Origin: Giardia intestinalis
Lineage: Eukaryota
Strand: one strand, 5' to 3'
Length of the DNA stretch: 64,000 nucleotides
Assembly: GCA_000002435.2 (NCBI GenBank)
Contig: CM018793.1
Both the position numbers and the translations under genes were made by a program. Positions 56,701 through 64,000 of the stretch are shown here, one piece after another. Within the stretch, counting starts at the first letter, position 1. The number at the start of each line of letters is the position of its first letter. Under the pieces are notes generated by a model. The model was not told the DNA's origin. It saw only the letters and a program-made list of their open reading frames with translations, and made no database searches.

Positions 56701-57523
56701 CATTTCTGCAGATCATCCACGGATTCCAGAGCAGGATAGCAAGCATAGGTCACTGTCTGATAGATATAGAGATATGCATGCCAAAATGATAAGGCAAAGA
56801 TCGATATTCGACAACGTTGACGGGGCGTCCAAGAGCACATCTGATGCACGCGGGAATGAACATAAGCTGAGAAAGAGTATGCACATATCAAGCATACCTA
56901 AGAACCTACTTGATTTCAATGTCACTGCAGAGAATACCAATATCCTGGCGTACTTTAACAAGCCTCCGAGCAACCCCAAGTTGAGCCAGGTGGTGCAGCT
57001 CAACTCCCAAAAGATATCAAAATATCTAGATGATCTCACCACATCCATGTACACAACAGAGGTTATATTCTTAGCGAAGGTGTGGAAGACCATGGCCAGG
57101 GGGCTGCTCCTTTTGGGTAGAATAAACAGCTACTACAGCAAGAAGGCAGCTGCTTCAGGAGAGACATATGTGGACAGGGTGGTTGGAACACATGAGCAAA
57201 TGCTTGTCAAACGAATCTATGAGATGATCCTCACCAAGCTGATAAACACTAAGTTCGAATACTACAGCTACATCAAGCTGTGCCAACTTCGTTTCAACAT
57301 GAGCATAGGGACGGCAAAAAACTGCAAGTGGAAGAGCAGCGACGATGTGCTCAAGTTTTCGTTAACCGAGGATCAGTATAGACGCCTTAAACAAGCTAAC
57401 GCCCTCCGAGTTAATACAGAAAAGATGAGCATCGCGCAACGAAAAGCGTTATACACATCCTTAAAGAACTACATCATGGACGGTGTACAGATAGACCCCA
57501 ATGAAGTGTTGAGGGCTGGCTGA
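53735..57523 (+). CDS. MYND-type zinc-finger protein with long coiled-coil and Ser/Thr-rich C-terminal half (1262 aa)
   Basis: ATG sits in the context caatttaaattactagATG. CIVCLSLVPHHENLFLKIRCPTCQAVEFCSGFCSLEQNTHPC (about 54155-54280) fits the MYND pattern Cx2Cx(7-16)Cx2Cx(4-6)FCSxxCx(6-8)HxxC. Coiled-coil heptads occur around aa 200-480. Confidence 0.6.
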   Translation: MACPSPSAEFSDLVAGGDPVACQLHPTPNPILEMAPEHIFDDPVSSSPDTDHSLGNEPNESEDDDTDEDAFSTVSLKDIDTLVAFYETLLKHSVNTDAFHAISKVTLDLKDLKLCHGEYPKDMQATLGDRLYLAAQLTDYCIVCLSLVPHHENLFLKIRCPTCQAVEFCSGFCSLEQNTHPCRLLSKLRMMSRCKDTYIDTYRDRKNMVIERANMLEAHHAEALALDAQKEELIRRRGVSEEITDLPESNAELVLTESDQYILNKLQPVCNILGLTRKLYTKKDQVFLKDLAESSFTIADLRVKDPFTYAFILKIAFLFSGGMTKVQQEKDKLTSVLKEIRKMSAEFDFNYSFLHQTLTDLKKIMLTASSEATDLASIQSVYQACRNTLSMTDKIKLPEQCQAALNDIRKVVYFWNEIRMSNHLIDALNRYYDFIKGINLHEARKKQLQQESANLTDQIRECQENIAEVKQATLELQARLDKLKVGIFPSSGPSPAEDTGSTAASAGDSNTKQPSIVKTRGSVMGASTAAHNGVTDSLLKEHNLSAFSNSSRLLGNVTSATRPAAHAQASIAEGKASTLTRSQDPDTLPRLYSQSDDGTLTNRTSCISTNILPKYLNEAQNVLALSTVDVEHGGTEESDHLQRQEGTHSKGGLDNLLSFSDVVVSINDIMSAPTSPQLPSLPPHQVENLSESISAEPAPLTKRSILEQHPPMAPFSQCDGSPEIPHLENALHLSQAPPLDRSLSKSTPDDVPLNLTRPLTRSVNILPGADDIIASESDPLRLATIARSIISKPQVDTCKSDSSPLLTRSSTSDQVLLEFNEEQNRESTTMQSPTFGADMQESTVNTLQKQQNPAHDQELRIRESSNLHVAHFRSLSDSMLTNKEKSSETDRAENVSAIHIIPPKPPINTFNKATEEGTDMANSCIRNSTTSVTTAINQYEADPAAGRIPAKVEAQTDTDASSQTTEFGLSSLTSSSTQTDRQTSHVPTDISADHPRIPEQDSKHRSLSDRYRDMHAKMIRQRSIFDNVDGASKSTSDARGNEHKLRKSMHISSIPKNLLDFNVTAENTNILAYFNKPPSNPKLSQVVQLNSQKISKYLDDLTTSMYTTEVIFLAKVWKTMARGLLLLGRINSYYSKKAAASGETYVDRVVGTHEQMLVKRIYEMILTKLINTKFEYYSYIKLCQLRFNMSIGTAKNCKWKSSDDVLKFSLTEDQYRRLKQANALRVNTEKMSIAQRKALYTSLKNYIMDGVQIDPNEVLRAG

Positions 57524-57569
57524 GACGGACAGAACAGAACACGGCAAGGTGGTCGTAATGATCTCTTCT

Positions 57570-58787
57570 TCACTTGCCTATCTTAGGGAGACACTTGAGC
57601 GTAGACATGGACCCAGCTAAGGGCGTTGTCATGCTATGAGTAGGAGAGGCAAGCAGTTGTTTAGACCTATTTTCTTGCAGCAATGGCGGCTTAGCGCTTT
57701 TCCCACCTGTGTCCTGATCATAGGCTTGGTGTGCTACAATGCCCCGGAGTCTAATAAGATCTGCTTCTGTTAGGCTCTTAGCTGACTCCACGAGCTCTTG
57801 CGAAATGGCAAGTGCAACCTCGCTAACCTTGGCTGTATTGGTTATGGTGTTCTGTATCTTTTCCACTTTCTTGAGTAAATAGTTGTACTCAATCTCTAGC
57901 ATACTTCTGACTCTGATGATGAATTCGCCAGTATAGTCTGACGCCGTTAATTTCAGCTCACGCAATGTACTGGCATCATAGATGGGTGGATCTACCACCT
58001 GCTCTTCAGGCTCTGGCTGTTTTTCTGGACCTGTCCCGGATTGATCTCTAGTCGGCGGGCTATCAATAGCGTAAAAGTCTACGTCACCTTCATCTTCATC
58101 ACTACCATCACTGTTATCATTACCACTATCCTTCATAAGAGTATGCACCTGTGGCACTACTTGTACTGGAGAAGAAGGGATTGGATTGAGGGCTGGAGCT
58201 GCTTCCTCGAGAGACGGTAAATGCGACGTGTATGCATGTAATGTGGAAGGTGTATCTCCAACCGTACTAGGTGCCGAGGTAGCAAAGAGAGAGTCGCTGA
58301 CATAGCTGATATGTTTAGCATCCGCCTGGCCGGCCAGTGTTTTAACGGTTTTCGAGGAGAGGATGCGTTGGACAACCTTGGATGCTTTAAACTTCTCTTG
58401 CTTGTGATATGCTTCTGCTACCTCGTTAAGACGTCGTGCTTGACTCTTTGACCTCGACACTAGAGCCCTTTTCTCTGGCCCAGACTGTTTCAGCAAGTCA
58501 ACGACCTCTTTAAGCAATGCCTCATGCTCGCCGAAGTGGGGATAGAGACCCATTGTCTGGATCAAGGTACTAGCAGAATCGGAGGCAGTGACCACGTTGG
58601 CAAACATGTCACATAGTATTTCAGCATTGGTCAGCGCTTCATGGTAGACATCTGCATTACGCTCCACCAGATCTTTTCCTACCGCGTGAAGGGCGAAGTC
58701 CCGATCGGCGGGGGTTGTCTTTTCCTGGATGATGTCCCACACCAATCTAATGCCTAGACAGTTCTCTGCTTGTTGAGAGGCCAACAT
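57570..58787 (-). CDS. hypothetical protein (405 aa) with acidic Ser/Asp-rich insert
   Basis: It has an ATG start and a compact gene context. I recognise no domain. Confidence 0.5.
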   Translation of the reverse strand: MLASQQAENCLGIRLVWDIIQEKTTPADRDFALHAVGKDLVERNADVYHEALTNAEILCDMFANVVTASDSASTLIQTMGLYPHFGEHEALLKEVVDLLKQSGPEKRALVSRSKSQARRLNEVAEAYHKQEKFKASKVVQRILSSKTVKTLAGQADAKHISYVSDSLFATSAPSTVGDTPSTLHAYTSHLPSLEEAAPALNPIPSSPVQVVPQVHTLMKDSGNDNSDGSDEDEGDVDFYAIDSPPTRDQSGTGPEKQPEPEEQVVDPPIYDASTLRELKLTASDYTGEFIIRVRSMLEIEYNYLLKKVEKIQNTITNTAKVSEVALAISQELVESAKSLTEADLIRLRGIVAHQAYDQDTGGKSAKPPLLQENRSKQLLASPTHSMTTPLAGSMSTLKCLPKIGK

Positions 58788-58846
58788 GCATGCACAGACA
58801 GCCGGAAATTAGAGGGCACAAAGGCTTTTTACTAATCCTTAACTAA

Positions 58847-60115
58847 ATGATTCTTCCCAACAATCCTACTCCAAAGGACATCGCAAAGTTCCGCAGCCGC
58901 CTCCCAAAGCCGGGGCAGACAAATACCACGGGAAAGACGGCGCTTATGCTTGTAGCTGGGGAAGGTTTGACAGATTTGGTAAGGGAGTATGCCGAGTACA
59001 CTCCTCCTGCGAAAAAGGGCGTACAGCAGCCCAACCCATATTTGAAGGCTAGAGATACCGAGACATGCGCCACAGCCCTCATTATCGCCACAAAGCACCG
59101 CCACACAGAAGCAGCGGCCATCTTGGCCAAGTATGAAGCAGGCATACGCGACAGCCACGGAAGAACGGCTTTAATCTATGCCGCCATAGATGACAATATA
59201 GAGTTAGTTGCCCTTCTCATGGACGCAGAGAAAACGGTGGTTGATAAATCGGGGATGACGGCACTTATGTATGCAGCCAGCAAAGGAAACCTGCAGACGG
59301 TCAAACTTCTTGCACCACTCGAAAAAGGAATGTATACACGCAACCATTTCAATGACACCAGAGAGCAAAGGGAAGAGACCAGGAGAAGCATAACGGCCCA
59401 ACGCATGGCAGTCATGGACGAGATTGCTTGTAATTTGCTTGACCACATTGGTGGGCCAAGTGGCCTGCCACCCATGCACCCCACGCACTCTCCTGGCTTT
59501 TCAGTAGGGACTCGCAGAAGTATGATGCTATCGGCCATTGCTGATGGATCAGCGCCACGCTCCACAAGAGCCAGTATTGACAGCGCTGGAATTCGAAAGT
59601 CAATGAGCATTGCTGCAGAGAGTTTGGCAGAAGATGGCAAAGTAGTCGAGAATGCTGCTTCGTACACAGCTTTGATGCTAGCGGCTAAGGAGCATCATCC
59701 AATGTGTGTGAAGGTTCTGGTCGACTACGAGGCCGGTATCAAGGACCAGATCTTTGAGCAAACAGCGTTAATGAAGTGTCTCTCGGCCATGCACAAGTTC
59801 ATGTCCAGCGGATTCCACGAGGATTATACCAGTGTATACACCGAGTTCTATCAGTGCGCTTCTATTCTCATTCAAAAGGGAGGTGCAAAGGGCGAGCTTG
59901 GCATAGTGGATGTAGAAAGCAGAACAGCCCTACAGCGTATCTTGATGCTTCCCGTCGACGACTCCAACATGGAGGATATCAATGAGCTGATCCAGCTTGC
60001 TTTCAAGGAGTGTCCGCGGGAATATACTCTGACTATAGAAGGATGTGAGATCAGAGGAGAAACTGACCTAGTGCAAGTCCTCAAAAATTTGGAGAACCAT
60101 CCAGTAATAGAGTAA
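58847..60115 (+). CDS. ankyrin-repeat protein of the Giardia protein-21.1 type
   Basis: ATG sits in the context ctaatccttaactaaATG. Repeats include GKTALMLVAGEG, HGRTALIYAAIDDNIELVALLM, SGMTALMYAASKGNLQTVKLLA and SYTALMLAAKEHHPMCVKVLV, matching the TALMxAA...V..LL 21.1 ankyrin signature. Confidence 0.8.
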   Translation: MILPNNPTPKDIAKFRSRLPKPGQTNTTGKTALMLVAGEGLTDLVREYAEYTPPAKKGVQQPNPYLKARDTETCATALIIATKHRHTEAAAILAKYEAGIRDSHGRTALIYAAIDDNIELVALLMDAEKTVVDKSGMTALMYAASKGNLQTVKLLAPLEKGMYTRNHFNDTREQREETRRSITAQRMAVMDEIACNLLDHIGGPSGLPPMHPTHSPGFSVGTRRSMMLSAIADGSAPRSTRASIDSAGIRKSMSIAAESLAEDGKVVENAASYTALMLAAKEHHPMCVKVLVDYEAGIKDQIFEQTALMKCLSAMHKFMSSGFHEDYTSVYTEFYQCASILIQKGGAKGELGIVDVESRTALQRILMLPVDDSNMEDINELIQLAFKECPREYTLTIEGCEIRGETDLVQVLKNLENHPVIE

Positions 60116-60211
60116 AGCTATTCATTATAGTGGAATTGCCTGGTCTATCCGTCTAGTTTTTGGTGATCCCAGCTCTTATATCCTCTTGGTCTTGATTTTA
60201 TAGAAGTGCAC

Positions 60212-60227
60212 AGGGGCGCAGATTTCG
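60212..60227 (+). promoter_or_regulatory. histone-gene upstream motif GGGGCGCAGATTTCGG about 36-50 bp 5' of the H2B ATG
   Basis: The sequence is seen directly. It resembles the conserved Giardia core-histone promoter element GRGCGCAGATTVGG as I recall it, followed by the A-rich initiator ggaaagaaATG. The last two to three positions deviate from the recalled consensus. Confidence 0.45.
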
Positions 60228-60262
60228 GCTGCGGAAGGGGGGAAAAAGCGGGCGGGAAAGAA

Positions 60263-60655
60263 ATGTCGAAGGTGGAGACGAAGCGCCTGATGAAGAAGAC
60301 GGAGGCCGGGGACAAGGGCGACGCGAAGCGCAAGCACAAGCGCCACGAGACGTACGCGACGTACATCTACAAGGTCCTCCGCTCGGAGAACATCCGCTCC
60401 GAGGCAGACACGGACCTCGGGATCTCGAACAAGGGCATGGAGGTGATGAACTCGCTCGTGAACGACCTCTTCGAGCGCATCGCGTCCGAGGCGTCGAACC
60501 TCGCGAAGATCAGCAAGCGGAACACGATCGGGAAGAAGGACATCGAGTCCGCCGCGAAGCTCGTCATCCCGGGCGAGATCGGCCGCCTGATCCGCGACGA
60601 GGCCGACAAGGCCCTCTCGAAGTTCACGTCCTCGAAGGAGTCCACGAAGAAGTAA
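60263..60655 (+). CDS. H2B: histone H2B
   Basis: The ORF-track start at 60206 is spurious. The true start is the ATG at 60263, giving a 130-aa product. It has a Lys-rich N-tail, then HETYATYIYKVL...GISNKGMEVMNSLVNDLFERIASEASNLAKISKRNTI..KDIESAAKLVIPGEIGRL, which is the H2B histone fold. Third codon positions are strongly GC-rich (AAG, GAG, CTC, TCG, ACG). Confidence 0.95.
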   Translation: MSKVETKRLMKKTEAGDKGDAKRKHKRHETYATYIYKVLRSENIRSEADTDLGISNKGMEVMNSLVNDLFERIASEASNLAKISKRNTIGKKDIESAAKLVIPGEIGRLIRDEADKALSKFTSSKESTKK

Positions 60656-60657
60656 AT
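60651..60657 (+). terminator. putative polyadenylation signal AGTAAAT overlapping the H2B stop codon
   Basis: aagTAAattat contains AGTAAAT, and the H2B TAA stop at 60653-60655 lies inside it. This fits the Giardia AGTRAAY 3'-end signal. Confidence 0.55.
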
Positions 60658-61400
60658 TATAGCCCGCGTGCCGTTTTGCAGAGTGTGCGTCTCAGCTACC
60701 AGCGGTGTGGGGCGGAGCATCGCTGCTGGGGGCGAGAGTCTCGTATTGCGAGGCCGTACCGTTTGAATGGTTTGTAAGGTAATATCTGAGCCGCTGACCT
60801 TCAGAGTAATAGGTGACGCTACACCATTCTCGGAAAAGGTAAAAGAAGCAAGTTCGTCGGAGGTCATACGGCATTCTGGGCAGGAGAAGAAAATCTAATC
60901 TGTCTTTGGATAAGCAGAAGAGGGCTATGCTTTGATGGACACAACAAATCCGTCTACGGCCGCGCTGTGGTTCTGGACACGTCGCCCCAGTGTGAAGGTC
61001 TTATTCTTCGTAGATTCGGAAGATAGATATGAAGAAAGCAGGAAAGCCCTGTCCGTTCTACTCAATCCTCCAGCACACTCCTGCCCAAACGCTACGACTT
61101 GTCTTTCGGCACCATCAGAAGGAGCGCCTGCTAGTGCGAACTCCCCAACATTAGAAGCTAAGGACATGCTCTACCATCCAACTTGAGCGCAATTCCACCG
61201 ACTCACCGAGTGTTGAAGAGCGTAGCTGCAGAGACTCCTGGCGTTGTGATCCATCCAAAGTGTGTATCATGTCTCAGAAAGTGTACATTTATCACCAAAA
61301 AGTGTCCATTGAACGATTTTATTCTGCAATTTCAGCTTTAGCTTACAAATTCACAATTGTTTGCTGCTAGAATTGCTTGCCCCTAATCAACAGGAAGGCC

Positions 61401-64000
61401 ATGTCCTGGAATACAATCTATAGGGCACACCTTGCGCAAATACCCTATCCTGACGTATTAGCAACGACCAAAGACGGCCGTGCCTTTGGCGCTATGATCT
61501 GGGGGATCAACGACATCTCGTTTTCGGCGTCCTTTGCAAGTAAGCGGCAGGGGGGGCAGCTCGGAATCTGGTTCCGGGTTTCCATTTTTGACATGACCAA
61601 CAGACTCATTGTAGGGAATGAGCTTGTCTCCAAAATTGCCCGTAGTCCATCCTTGACCGATGACGGAGCGTACCGGGAGCTTTCGTCGCCTATGCCTTAC
61701 GTGTTTGTCACTCACGTCCCGCCAGAGCATGGGCTTCTCATCCAGCTCTGCGCTATCATATACACCGGTGAGACCCGCGTTATAGAGTCCCACCCCTCCT
61801 GCTTCGTACCTGAACTAGCCAATAACGTGGTAGTTCAGGATGAAATAGTCTTGGGGTGGACTCTATTTCGCTATGAGGACAAGGGGATACGCAGAATAGA
61901 GTCACTCCTAGCAGAGACAGGTGACACCGCTGTTTTTGAGCAGCAATTAATTCGTGGAAATCCTGCAGACTTGTTTAACGATAGCCATGACGTCCTTTCT
62001 ATCCTATCCAGAAAGAGTAAGGGGAGCAGGAAGGCGCCCTTTCTCCGCTACATCCTATTTAAGTATAAACAGCGGGACCTAGCCATTCCCGATACTCCGC
62101 GTTATGTCATCCCCTTCTTCTCACTCATTGACGCAGTTCATTGTCCTCCTATCTTTGCCCCTCGAGGAAAGGTCAGGCTTCAGAGTCGGCTAGACTGCAT
62201 AGAAGTCCCAGGGACTCTCCTGGACTCTCCAGATCGCACAGAGATGATCCGCTTATCAGTTGACGCAGCAGCAGCGTCGGTTGCACGCTTCTATGACTTC
62301 AACAGCTGCGAAGGGCCTCAGAGCCCGCATGCGTCTAGATCCGGAGCATGCGTGGGAGCCCTTCGGATGGTTGAGACGTACGCATTTGAACAGCACATAA
62401 AAGAGTGTATTGCACAGCTTCTGGCTCCAAAGTTGGCGGATAGAGCAGGCCATGACGTGGATGAGAGAAGCATTCGTATTCACATTTTGGGGTACACTAT
62501 TAAGATCCTCCCCCACGACGGATTTCAGCCCATGGCAGACGCTCCCTACGAGATTCCCCTGGGCTGGATAGCAGAGGGAGGGCGCAGATCTGCATCCAGA
62601 AGGCATCGTAAGAAAATGAGCGCGCCGTCTGACGCCAGCAGGACATTAATGGAATCCCAAAAGGGCGCTCTTTACGACATTTCATCGCGACAAGTTTCCT
62701 CCGAAGCAATGGCTCGGACAGACCTCAAATATGATATGAGTAGCATTCTGCATGCAGACTCCAGATCCAAGAAGAAGCAATCACACAAGAAGGTTGGCCA
62801 TCGGCCTATAGCTGTGCAGATGCATGCGGGGCTTGTTGTCGCCATCTGCGTCACAATATCAATTGGCCTAAATACCACGGGTCACAAGGACATCTTCTTG
62901 CCACGCTGTGAGTTCTGTTTAGGCTGGGGAGCTATCGACGTGCTTCCTGCTTTATTCAGCTCCCAAACAAAAAGCGTCCCATGCACGATTCAGCTTAAAA
63001 CAGAAGACGAGTTCACTGTGGGTGTTCCGGGAATTAACCTGCCGATTCTTAATTGTAACAAGGTCACACGGATTGACATTTGGGCCAAGGATGATGACAT
63101 AATTGAGCGATCCAAGCACGCAAAGCACAGAGCGCATTCGCGATCTACTTCCAATGATGCTCATGGACGCGAACGAAGCTGGTCCAGAGTGCGAAGTTCC
63201 TCGCAAAATAGAGTAGATGCAAAGGCGCGGTCTGCTCAGAGGTCTGCAAGCAGGTACTCAGACACAAGGTCGGCCTCAGAGTCCTACACTGAAGTGTCAT
63301 CTACTAGTGATTCCGAATCTGATGGTGGATACAGCCATACGATGAGTGGATCTACCAGCATGATGGATTGCTTCTATGAATACATATGTCCGGTTGTCTC
63401 GCTTTCATTCCATCTCACAAAGGAAGAGGAGACTGCATCGGCGACAAATCGCAGCTCTCCGAGGGTGCAGGCAATTGCAGAATCGACGAAAAAAGTCGAG
63501 GATTCTCTCGGGCCCAGCGTTGTCCTAAATTCTCCGCAACAGACATCCAGGCTTGACTCAGACAGTGACTCAGACTATATAACCCAGACTCCCACAGTAA
63601 AGCAGAGGAAGGTCCAAGGAAACGATTCGGTTGAATCACTAATTAAGCTTTCGTCAGCGCCAAATACAAGCGATCCCTTGGACGGGTCCCTCGGTGAGGT
63701 GCCTGAAGACATCTCTGACCAAACAGATGGCAGACCGATAGATAAGAATAGCTATGTGTTAGAAGCATCCAGCAGCCCTGAGCGCATTGAGCGAGACCGT
63801 CGCTCTGAGCACTCGCACCGCTCATCGACCCCTTGTAGCAGGGACTCCACTGTGCCCCAGCACCTCCCGCCCATTGGCTTCGAGGCTCAAAGTCGAGGGT
63901 CAGGACCACACACCCAGAAGAAGAGCAAGTGTACAGACGAAGGAGGCGCTAGTCAAGCGAGCAGGGATACCGCGTTACAGATGACTGCAAACTTAGAGCA
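61401..64000 (+). CDS. hypothetical protein, N-terminal 866+ aa; the gene runs off the right edge
   Basis: ATG at 61401 is preceded by an in-frame TAG at 61368-61370. My hand translation of that frame finds no stop up to position 64000. It is not in the ORF track because it is incomplete. The first roughly 500 aa look globular. From about 63100 onward the sequence is Ser/Arg/Asp-rich low complexity. Confidence 0.7.
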   Translation, partial: MSWNTIYRAHLAQIPYPDVLATTKDGRAFGAMIWGINDISFSASFASKRQGGQLGIWFRVSIFDMTNRLIVGNELVSKIARSPSLTDDGAYRELSSPMPYVFVTHVPPEHGLLIQLCAIIYTGETRVIESHPSCFVPELANNVVVQDEIVLGWTLFRYEDKGIRRIESLLAETGDTAVFEQQLIRGNPADLFNDSHDVLSILSRKSKGSRKAPFLRYILFKYKQRDLAIPDTPRYVIPFFSLIDAVHCPPIFAPRGKVRLQSRLDCIEVPGTLLDSPDRTEMIRLSVDAAAASVARFYDFNSCEGPQSPHASRSGACVGALRMVETYAFEQHIKECIAQLLAPKLADRAGHDVDERSIRIHILGYTIKILPHDGFQPMADAPYEIPLGWIAEGGRRSASRRHRKKMSAPSDASRTLMESQKGALYDISSRQVSSEAMARTDLKYDMSSILHADSRSKKKQSHKKVGHRPIAVQMHAGLVVAICVTISIGLNTTGHKDIFLPRCEFCLGWGAIDVLPALFSSQTKSVPCTIQLKTEDEFTVGVPGINLPILNCNKVTRIDIWAKDDDIIERSKHAKHRAHSRSTSNDAHGRERSWSRVRSSSQNRVDAKARSAQRSASRYSDTRSASESYTEVSSTSDSESDGGYSHTMSGSTSMMDCFYEYICPVVSLSFHLTKEEETASATNRSSPRVQAIAESTKKVEDSLGPSVVLNSPQQTSRLDSDSDSDYITQTPTVKQRKVQGNDSVESLIKLSSAPNTSDPLDGSLGEVPEDISDQTDGRPIDKNSYVLEASSSPERIERDRRSEHSHRSSTPCSRDSTVPQHLPPIGFEAQSRGSGPHTQKKSKCTDEGGASQASRDTALQMTANLE

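Noticed and set aside
60367-60867. 166-aa ORF antisense to histone H2B
   Set aside because: It lies on the opposite strand of a strongly GC3-biased, clearly real gene. Such genes generate long stop-free antisense frames by chance. It has no recognisable motifs.
1-64000. Prokaryotic-style features (operons, CRISPR, RBS, rho-independent terminators, IS elements)
   Set aside because: The gene content is eukaryotic (histone, RPL11, Nek kinase, ankyrins, MYND, NIF phosphatase). There are no repeat-spacer arrays and no transposase or integrase-like ORFs. I saw no reverse-transcriptase YxDD boxes in any long ORF.

Overview
This window is a gene-dense, intron-poor eukaryotic chromosomal segment, about 50% GC and more than 90% coding, with genes alternating between strands and intergenic spacers often under 100 bp. 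The gene content points to a diplomonad, most likely Giardia, though I cannot confirm this without a database search. The pointers are a Nek-type kinase fused to more than 20 ankyrin repeats, a protein-21.1-style ankyrin protein, single-exon ORFs of 3088 and 7671 aa, short A/T-rich initiators abutting start codons, an AGTAAAT signal overlapping a stop codon, and GC3-rich histone H2B and RPL11 genes. I support 21 protein-coding genes. Two are truncated by the window edges and are therefore missing from the ORF track, which lists only complete ORFs. Several ORF-track starts are TTG or GTG artefacts, and I moved those to the first in-frame ATG. I found no rRNA, tRNA, CRISPR array or transposon. 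The most notable items are a Stealth (GNPTAB-like) phosphotransferase fragment at the left edge, a 23-kb uninterrupted ORF with a single P-loop, a catalytically dead Nek kinase, a USP-fold pseudo-deubiquitinase apparently split over two adjacent ORFs, and three unusually long non-coding gaps.
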